54,791 bases of DNA, from positions 1 through 54,791 of the forward strand of contig JBDGZR010000005.1 in the NCBI GenBank assembly GCA_039588495.1, read 5' to 3'. Source of the DNA: Gemmatimonadota bacterium (lineage in GTDB: Bacteria; Gemmatimonadota; Gemmatimonadetes; Palauibacterales; Palauibacteraceae). The notes under the pieces were generated by a model. It was not told the DNA's origin and searched no databases. It was given only the letters and a program-made list of their open reading frames with translations. Position numbers and translations under genes: made by a program. Below are positions 47,972 to 54,791 of this stretch, in pieces (positions within the stretch are counted from its first letter, which is position 1; the number at the start of each line of letters is the position of its first letter).

Positions 47972-48012
47972 CCTTCCAGGATCTGCTGTGACCTGACCGG
48001 TCTCAAGCTCGC

Positions 48013-49641
48013 ATGAGCGATAGGGAAGATCTGCTTCTGACTAAGGTCGGCGGGTGGCCGCGTATGCCGGACACGCGGGGTCGCTCGACGACGGGCCTTC
48101 CGGTCTCTCTGGCGCGTCAGGCCTCCAAGCGCCTTCAGGCCGTCTGCGTCGCGCTTATCGCCGTCCTCGCGATCGGCTGGCTCGGGGTCAACTGGATCGA
48201 AGGCCAGCTCCCGCACGAATTCTCAGATCCGATGCAGTACGGGCCCGGGGTGACGATGCTGGCGGCATCGCTCCTCGTGCTTGGCCTCGCTCGGAACTCC
48301 CGTCTCTCCGCGGCGGTCGTCATCAGGCTCGGCCTCGTCTACCAGGTGATCATCAGCTTCTGCATCGCCTTCTCACAGTACTGGGGAGCCTTCGATGGCG
48401 TGGGGACAGAGCAGGTCACCGGCGACGTGGTCGGTCTGTCCGCCGTCGCGATGTGGATGATGTTCTTCTCGGTCATCGTACCTGCCAGGCCTCGGCAGGC
48501 GCTGATCGCGCTCACCCTGTCGGCGTCCGCGGTGCCCATGACGATCGCGTTGCTCGCCCGATCGGGCGGCACGCCGGCTCTCGGCCCCCAGCAGTTCGTG
48601 TTCGTCTTCGTTCTGCCCTATGCGATCGCCCTCGCCATGTCCTATATCGCCGCGCGAATCATCTATGGGTTGGGCAAGGAGGTTCTTCGCGCCCAGGAGA
48701 TGGGCAGTTACCGTTTGCTGGAGCTCATCGGGCGGGGCGGCATGGGCGAGGTCTGGAAGGCGAGTCACAACATGCTCGCGCGGCCCGCGGCGATCAAACT
48801 GATTCGGCGTGACGTCTCGGACGTGGAGCCTGGGGGGGCGGAAGCCGCGGTGGCTCGCTTCGAGCACGAGGCGCAGGCGACCGCTTCCCTGCAGTCGCCT
48901 CACACGGTCGAGCTCTACGACTTCGGCGTCAGCGAGGACGGCTCATTCTACTACGTGATGGAGCTCCTGGACGGCATCGATCTCGAGTCCCTCGTTGGCC
49001 AATTCGGCCCGCTCCCCGCCGAGCGCGTCTTACATATCCTTCGCCAGGCCTGCCTGTCGCTTGGTGAAGCACATCGGCGCGATCTCGTTCACCGAGACAT
49101 AAAGCCTGCCAACCTCTACGTGTGCCGACACGCCTTCGAGCCCGATTTCGTGAAGGTCCTGGATTTCGGTCTCGTGAGGCACGCGACATTCGAGGTAGAC
49201 TCGAGCCCGCTGACCAGAAGAGGGATGCTCGCAGGAACACCGACGTACCTGGCTCCGGAGATCGCAGCGGGTAGCGAGGGGATCGATGGACGGGCCGACA
49301 TCTACTCGCTGGCCTGTGTGGCCTACAAGCTGCTCACAGGGCGCTGCGTGTTCGAGGAGGACACCGTCGTCGCCACGATCGTCGCTCACGTGAAGGCCTC
49401 TCCGCCGCCTCCCAGCAGATTCTCCGAAATGCCAATCCCAGCTGGGTTGGAAAGCCTCATTCTGGCGTGTCTTTCCAAGGATCCGGCCGATCGCCCGCGA
49501 ACCTGCGAAAACCTCGCCCACGAGTTGGGAGGAATCGACCTGGTCGAGCCCTGGACGGCCGAACGCGCTGCCAAGTGGTGGCGCCTTCACGTCCCGACCG
49601 AAGTGAACACAGGGAGCCCCTCTCATAGCGGGCTTCCTTAA
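48013..49641 (+). CDS. Hanks-type Ser/Thr kinase with multi-TM N-terminus
   Basis: IGRGGMGEVW, AAIKL, HRDIKPAN, DFG, GTPTYLAPE. Confidence 0.9.
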   Translation: MSDREDLLLTKVGGWPRMPDTRGRSTTGLPVSLARQASKRLQAVCVALIAVLAIGWLGVNWIEGQLPHEFSDPMQYGPGVTMLAASLLVLGLARNSRLSAAVVIRLGLVYQVIISFCIAFSQYWGAFDGVGTEQVTGDVVGLSAVAMWMMFFSVIVPARPRQALIALTLSASAVPMTIALLARSGGTPALGPQQFVFVFVLPYAIALAMSYIAARIIYGLGKEVLRAQEMGSYRLLELIGRGGMGEVWKASHNMLARPAAIKLIRRDVSDVEPGGAEAAVARFEHEAQATASLQSPHTVELYDFGVSEDGSFYYVMELLDGIDLESLVGQFGPLPAERVLHILRQACLSLGEAHRRDLVHRDIKPANLYVCRHAFEPDFVKVLDFGLVRHATFEVDSSPLTRRGMLAGTPTYLAPEIAAGSEGIDGRADIYSLACVAYKLLTGRCVFEEDTVVATIVAHVKASPPPPSRFSEMPIPAGLESLILACLSKDPADRPRTCENLAHELGGIDLVEPWTAERAAKWWRLHVPTEVNTGSPSHSGLP

Positions 49642-49789
49642 TCGGGTGGGCCGCCTCGAGGTGTGAGCGGTATTCCCCACGGGTGGCCGCAAGCATCTCC
49701 CGACAGACACTCCGTAGCGTCGGCCGTACCCTAATCTGGGTTGGTAGGCTCTCCTCAAACCGCTGGCTGGCCAGCCAGCTTTCCGAGGC

Positions 49790-50251
49790 ATGACACTGAA
49801 CCGCAAGGACAAAGAGTTCATCTCCGTCGGTGTCTCCGTGGCGGCGGGGTGCAAGCGCTGCTTCGAGGTACACGTCCAGGAGGGGCGATTCCAAGGCCTC
49901 ACGGAGGACGAACTTGCCCATTCGATGAACATCGGTCTCCAGGTTCGGGAGCATGCCCAGGCGATCGCGAAGGAGCACGGGCTAGCGGTGCTCGGTCTCA
50001 AGCTGGCACAGCTTGTCACCCGGACCGGGGACGACGAAGAGGGCGGGGAAGCGGACGCACCCCCCGGCACGAGGATCGAAGAGCTCACGGCCGTCGCGTG
50101 CGCGTTTGCCGTGAACTGCGAGACGAGCCTGGAACGGCACCAGGCCGCCGCACGGACCGCGGGGGCGACGGACGAGGAGATCCAGGAGGCCGTACGGATC
50201 TCTCGCTTCATCAAGGGCAAGGCGGATTCGCTGTGCTGCAAGCGCATCTGA
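49790..50251 (+). CDS. Carboxymuconolactone decarboxylase/AhpD-like protein (two CMD repeats)
   Basis: KEFISVG.SVAAGCKRC..H; second repeat ELTAVACAFAVNC..SL..H..AAR.AGAT.EEI; C-terminal CC. Confidence 0.8.
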   Translation: MTLNRKDKEFISVGVSVAAGCKRCFEVHVQEGRFQGLTEDELAHSMNIGLQVREHAQAIAKEHGLAVLGLKLAQLVTRTGDDEEGGEADAPPGTRIEELTAVACAFAVNCETSLERHQAAARTAGATDEEIQEAVRISRFIKGKADSLCCKRI

Positions 50252-50308
50252 GGAGCCACGGCCACTCGCCGCTCGACGTTGGATGGTCCTAGCGGACAAA
50301 GCAGCGAG

Positions 50309-51076
50309 ATGAAGAACGGACACTACACGGCGCGAAGTCGCGCACTACTGCGCGATTTCGACGAGACTGCACGTCTGGCGCGGGCGAGACTTGCCTCCAG
50401 GTACGGGGACGAGTTTACCGAGGCCGTCGCCCGAGAAGTCCGGCACGAATACGAGCGGCTGATTCCGGAGATCCCGTTCATCCCGGGGGTGAGAGCTCGG
50501 TCGCTCAATGCGTTCCTTCGCATCACGGCGCAGGAACTGGCCGTCTACCGGGTGATGAAGAGACGGGGAAAGAGCGCCGACGAGGCCTGGGAGCTATGCC
50601 ACGAGGCGATCGTCGCGCGGATGGAGACATATCCGGCCTGGAAGGCCCGGTTCCTCGGAAAGCTCATGTTCTCGAGGGCGATGAGGCGGCGGGTCGGAAA
50701 GCGAGCCGCGAGCGGTACGCAGCTGCGATTCGGCGACTTCGAGGTGCGCTACCTGATCGGCGACGGAGAAGGCTTCGACTGGGGCGTCGACTACGTCGCG
50801 TGCGGCAACTACGAGTTCATGAAGGAACAGGGCGCCCAGGAGTTCGCCCCCTACGTTTGCCTGTCGGACATGGCTCTCGGCGAGGCCCTCGGTTGGGGGC
50901 TGACACGAACGCAGACTCTGGCCGACGGCTGCGACCGATGCGACTTCCGATTCACGCAGGGCGGGGGCACGCACATTTCGTCGCAAACCCCCGACGTTCA
51001 GAAGACCATTGAGCGCATACAAGGAAGAGAGCAACTTGCACGACTCGCACAGGGAGGTCACGCATGGCCGCGCTGA
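50309..51076 (+). CDS. L-2-amino-thiazoline-4-carboxylic acid hydrolase-like protein
   Basis: DY..CG..F, PYVCLSD, L.RTQTLADG..RCDFRF. Confidence 0.8.
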   Translation: MKNGHYTARSRALLRDFDETARLARARLASRYGDEFTEAVAREVRHEYERLIPEIPFIPGVRARSLNAFLRITAQELAVYRVMKRRGKSADEAWELCHEAIVARMETYPAWKARFLGKLMFSRAMRRRVGKRAASGTQLRFGDFEVRYLIGDGEGFDWGVDYVACGNYEFMKEQGAQEFAPYVCLSDMALGEALGWGLTRTQTLADGCDRCDFRFTQGGGTHISSQTPDVQKTIERIQGREQLARLAQGGHAWPR

Positions 51077-51216
51077 CCGCGGTGTTAGACCAGCATCCCA
51101 AGCTCATCATCGGCGTGCTCGGGCTGATCATCGTCTTCTTCCTCGCCGCCTGCCTGCTCCACGACGTGATCCCGATCTGCCATTATCTGTTCGGTTGTGA
51201 TCACCGCATGCACTGA
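51064..51216 (+). CDS. 50-aa single-TM protein with Cys/His-rich C-terminus (absent from ORF track)
   Basis: GGGAGGT SD before ATG 51064; MAALTAVLDQHPKLIIGVLGLIIVFFLAACLLHDVIPICHYLFGCDHRMH*. Confidence 0.7.
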   Translation: MAALTAVLDQHPKLIIGVLGLIIVFFLAACLLHDVIPICHYLFGCDHRMH

Positions 51217-51352
51217 GCGCGCCGGACGGCAGGGAGTTCTGATTCATCGGCGACGCCTGATGCCCCGCGGTTCGCCGGGTTGCTTCTGGCTCTGGCGTGA
51301 CCAGGTTTACCGCAGACGGGGTTCCGGCCAACAGCACCCAAGGGGTGCGACG

Positions 51353-52453
51353 ATGCAGCGTCTTCTCACTTTCGTCCCGCTGTTCTTCCTCTTCGCCGCC
51401 TGCGGTTCCGAGCCGACTGGCCCGGCAGCTCCCCCTCCGGCACCCAGCGTTCCCGTGGTTCCCACACCGGGTGTCCAGGGATTCGCGGCCGAACTGGACA
51501 GCCTGCGCCTGGCGCACCAGATCCCGGGCATGTCGGCAGCCATTGTGGAGAACGAGCGCATCGTCTGGTCCATGGGGCTGGGGTTTGCCGACGTTGCGGG
51601 CGGCAAGCGCACAACCGATACGTCGTGCTTCCACCTGGCCTCGCTGACCAAGCCGTTCGCTTCGGTCGTCATCATGCAGCTCGTGGAGGAGGGGCTTCTG
51701 GATCTGGATGATCCGGTCAGCGAATACGGCGTCGATCTGAGCGGCAACGGCGTCATTCTGGTGCGCCACCTTCTGACCCACACCTCGGAGGGGACGCCGG
51801 GATCCAGCTACCGTTACAACGGAGCCAGGTTTGACCAGCTGGGCAGGGTCATCCAACGGGCATCGGGTCGGACCTTCGGAGAGCTCCTGGTGGAGAGGAT
51901 CCTCGGGCCGCTGCAGCTGAGGCACACCGCTCCGAACGTCGAGGATCGGGTGAGCTTCGCTCTCACCGGGCTCGATCGGGACGAGTACATCGAGAACATG
52001 GCGACGGCTTACGAGCTAAGAGGTACCCGCGTCGTCGAAACCGAGTATGCCAGCGGGTTTGGCCCGGCCGCCGGCCTGATTTCCTCGGCGGAAGACATGG
52101 CCAGCTTCTCGATCGCGATCGATAGAAGCCAACTGCTCGACCCGGCCACCTGGGAGCTGGTCTTCTCGCCCGAGATTTCGAACAGCGGGAACACGCTGCC
52201 CTACGGACTGGGTTGGTTCATCCAGCAGCACGAGGGTGTCGAGCTGCAGTGGCACTACGGATACTGGTTCGGCACCTCGACGCTCATCGTCCGGGTCCCC
52301 GAGGTCGATAAAACCTTCATCGTGCTGGCGAACACGGACATGATGAGTCGACCCTACGGGCTCGATATCGGGGACGTGCTGCGCTCGCCCTTCGCTCGTC
52401 TCTTCCTGGAGTCCTACGTGTTCGGGAGCTCCCCCCTGCCAGCGCAGCGGTGA
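51353..52453 (+). CDS. Serine hydrolase, beta-lactamase (AmpC-like) family lipoprotein
   Basis: Lipobox FAAC; ASLTK (SxxK), HLLTHTS, YGLGW, WHYG. Confidence 0.85.
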   Translation: MQRLLTFVPLFFLFAACGSEPTGPAAPPPAPSVPVVPTPGVQGFAAELDSLRLAHQIPGMSAAIVENERIVWSMGLGFADVAGGKRTTDTSCFHLASLTKPFASVVIMQLVEEGLLDLDDPVSEYGVDLSGNGVILVRHLLTHTSEGTPGSSYRYNGARFDQLGRVIQRASGRTFGELLVERILGPLQLRHTAPNVEDRVSFALTGLDRDEYIENMATAYELRGTRVVETEYASGFGPAAGLISSAEDMASFSIAIDRSQLLDPATWELVFSPEISNSGNTLPYGLGWFIQQHEGVELQWHYGYWFGTSTLIVRVPEVDKTFIVLANTDMMSRPYGLDIGDVLRSPFARLFLESYVFGSSPLPAQR

Positions 52454-52579
52454 GTTGCGGAAGGCGACGCCCGGAGCCGGCAGCGGGGAGATGTCGGGGT
52501 GTTCGGCTCCACCTGTGAGATGACGGAGCCTGGCTAGCGTTCGGCGTCGGCCTGCCGTTCTCACCCGATTCGCGGCGAC

Positions 52580-53536
52580 TCAGCCCCGTAGGAACAGCGT
52601 CGCGATATAGGCCATGTAGGCCGCGACCATGAGGATCCCCATGAGCCGGCCTATCGGGCGCCTGGTCCAAATGAAGCCCGTTACCAGCAGCGCCGATCCC
52701 AGCATGATGGGGAACTCCAGCGAGAGGAAGCCGGCCGGTACCGGAATGGCGCTCGGGCTCACAACGGCTGCCACGCCCATGATGCCCAGGATGTTGAGCG
52801 CATTGCTCCCGACGATCGTGCCGAGGACCACGCCGGCACGCTTCTGATACGCGGCCACCAGGGCGGTCGCCAGCTCGGGAAGCGAGGTGCTGAAGGCCAG
52901 GATGGTGAGACCGATCAAGGTGTCCGAAACTCCCAGCTGCTCGGCGATCTCCGCGGCAGCCGTCACCACCAGGTTGGCCCCGATCGGGAGCCCGATCAAC
53001 CCGGCACCGATGAACACCACGATCAGCCACATGCGGCTGGGCAGGCCCAGCACCCACTCAAGACGCGCGTCGATTTCCGGTGCCCGTTGGGCCTGGCCCG
53101 CATCACGCACCGTCATGCCCCATACCACGATCAGCCCCGCCAGCAACAGACCGCCGGCGGGACGGTTCAGCGCCGCCACCAGGCAGATCGCAATGAACAA
53201 CAGGCTGACGATAACCATCACGACGCTGTCGCGGCCAAGCCTCGGGCTGGTGCCAGCCAGTGGATAGATTGCGGCCGCGCCGCCGCCTACGAGGAGCATG
53301 TTGGCGATGTTGCTGCCGACGACGTTGCCCAACGCCATGCCGGGGAAGCCCGCGAGCACCGCCTGTACCGTAACCACCAGCTCCGGCACCGAGGTGCCGC
53401 AGGCGACCACGCTCGCCGCCACGAGCGCTGGCGGCACACGCACTTCGCGCGCGAGCGCCACCGCTCCCCGCACCAGCAGGTCGCCCCCCCACAGCAAGTA
53501 GATGAGACCGCCGAACAGCGCGAGGTAGGTGGTCAG
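52580..53536 (-). CDS. Calcium/sodium antiporter (YrbG/CaCA family), probable CTG start
   Basis: GTSVPEL, GNVVGSNIAN, STSLPEL, GSNALN alpha repeats; hydrophobic N-terminus begins at CTG 53536. Confidence 0.85.
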   Translation of the reverse strand: MTTYLALFGGLIYLLWGGDLLVRGAVALAREVRVPPALVAASVVACGTSVPELVVTVQAVLAGFPGMALGNVVGSNIANMLLVGGGAAAIYPLAGTSPRLGRDSVVMVIVSLLFIAICLVAALNRPAGGLLLAGLIVVWGMTVRDAGQAQRAPEIDARLEWVLGLPSRMWLIVVFIGAGLIGLPIGANLVVTAAAEIAEQLGVSDTLIGLTILAFSTSLPELATALVAAYQKRAGVVLGTIVGSNALNILGIMGVAAVVSPSAIPVPAGFLSLEFPIMLGSALLVTGFIWTRRPIGRLMGILMVAAYMAYIATLFLRG

Positions 53537-54791
53537 GACATCGCTCGCAGCCTGGCGTTCGCTTCCTCGAGCTGGCGGGCGAGACTGTCGATCTTCCGCT
53601 CGGTTTCCTTGTGGGCGGTGAGGTCCGCCACAGAGCACAAGACATGCACGCCCGTGTCAGTGCGGATGGGGCTGAGCCCGATCTCCACGAAGACCTCCGA
53701 CCCATCAGCGCGTCGGGCCCGGAACTCGTGACCTTCACCCATGGGTCGAAAGGTCGGATTCCGAGTGAAGCCGGCACGGAGCTCCGGGTGCCGTCCCCTT
53801 ACATCGTCAGGGACAAGCACCTCCACGAACTGTCCGATCAGCTCTTCCCGCCCGTACTGGAGCAGGTCCGCCGCGGCGTCGTTCATGAGCTCGATGATGC
53901 CATCCGGATCGACCATGAGCATGGCGCCGGGCGCGGACTCCAGGGCCATCCGGAACTGCTCCCTGACCTGCCTTAGCTCGGTTATGTCGCGGGCAATCGC
54001 ATACAGCGTTCCGGTTTGCGCGTCCGGGTGCGAGGTCCAAAGCAAATGCTTGTAAGTACCGTCGGCGCAGCGGAAGCGGTTCTCGAAGGAGATGGTGGGG
54101 ATGCCCTGCGCCAGCTTCGCGACCTCCCGGTTCGTGGCGTCCACGTCTTCCGGATGGACCAACTCGGTGAACGGCCTTTGCACCAGCTCCTCTGCGGTCC
54201 AGCCGAGGGTGCGCTCGAAAGCCGGATTGACGCGCTTGAAGTAACCGTCCGTGCCGGCGATGCACATCATGTCCAGCGATACGTCGAAGAAGGTGTGGAA
54301 CTCTCGCAGGAGCTTCATCTGCCGCTCGAGCTCATCCGCCATCTCGTTGAACGTGCGGGCGAAGAGGCCGATCTCATCTTGATTCACGATCTCCGCCCGC
54401 GCGTCGAGCTCGCCCTCGTGGATGCGCTTCGCGACGCCGGCCAGGTCCAGAACGGGCTTGGAGAAGCGGAAGCCGAGGAGGGCCCCCAGCAGGATCGCGA
54501 ACGCCGCCAGCGAGAGGCCGAGAGTGACGAGCTCCCGGCGAAACTCGTCCACAGGAGCGAGCTCCTCCGCTGTGTCGAACTTGACGATCACACCCCAGCG
54601 CGTCTCCGGCAGGAAGCGCGTGGCCATCCAGACCGGCTCCCCGCGATAGTCCGTGGCATCGTCCCAGTACCGGCCCTCCTCGCCCGCCCAGACCCGCGCG
54701 AGGGGATCGCCCGTGTCGTCCAGCGACAGGGGGAGGGGAGGCTCGGAGCTGAGATGCCTGAGGTGGAGGAGGAAGGGCGATCCACCCACCT
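53533..54791 (-). CDS. Sensor protein (Cache-like, TM, HAMP, PAS, PAS); 5' end outside window; no output domain
   Basis: HAMP DEIG..ARTFNEM; PAS VNPAFERTLGW, VHPED, ARDIT; second PAS EVFVEIGLSP, DLT. Confidence 0.85.
   Translation of the reverse strand, partial: VGGSPFLLHLRHLSSEPPLPLSLDDTGDPLARVWAGEEGRYWDDATDYRGEPVWMATRFLPETRWGVIVKFDTAEELAPVDEFRRELVTLGLSLAAFAILLGALLGFRFSKPVLDLAGVAKRIHEGELDARAEIVNQDEIGLFARTFNEMADELERQMKLLREFHTFFDVSLDMMCIAGTDGYFKRVNPAFERTLGWTAEELVQRPFTELVHPEDVDATNREVAKLAQGIPTISFENRFRCADGTYKHLLWTSHPDAQTGTLYAIARDITELRQVREQFRMALESAPGAMLMVDPDGIIELMNDAAADLLQYGREELIGQFVEVLVPDDVRGRHPELRAGFTRNPTFRPMGEGHEFRARRADGSEVFVEIGLSPIRTDTGVHVLCSVADLTAHKETERKIDSLARQLEEANARLRAMS

Noticed and set aside
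49735-49785. CTCCTCAAACCGC resembles the fluoride riboswitch; upstream ACTCCGTA resembles a MerR operator
   Set aside because: No GAUG..CCUAC 3' element; no TTGAC -35 box or complete dyad
50249-50308. CMD stop TGA is in frame with the next ORF (possible Sec read-through fusion)
   Set aside because: No convincing SECIS hairpin, the TGA is not in a Cys motif, the linker is not protein-like, and same-frame adjacency arises by chance one time in three

Overview
High-GC, gene-dense bacterial chromosomal segment. Gene content suggests Gemmatimonadota (inference only). No rRNA, tRNA, CRISPR array, IS/transposase or prophage was recognised. Contents: nfeD-floA locus; an eroded DUF11 surface-protein operon; M1 peptidase; a six-gene minus-strand tricarboxylate operon (HD-like, PrpD, single-chain fungal-type homoaconitase, homoisocitrate-dehydrogenase-like, CitD-CitE fusion, CitF) with no synthase and no citC/G/X; cspA-rpsU; three paralogous membrane Ser/Thr kinases; TonB; pepE; an orphan antitoxin-like gene; higBA; tamAB; sulfatase/HAD; DUF3604; and a HAMP-PAS-PAS gene coupled to a Ca/Na antiporter. 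Best leads: (1) the tricarboxylate operon, possibly an undescribed (homo)citrate pathway using a citrate-lyase-like module with free CoA; (2) a selenocysteine-containing ArsM-like methyltransferase (in-frame TGA 30735-30737 plus SECIS-like hairpin) that the ORF track truncates; (3) several deletion scars, an uncalled 50-aa Cys/His-rich membrane peptide and a probable CTG start. Family assignments are from motif recognition and recalled homologs, not database searches.
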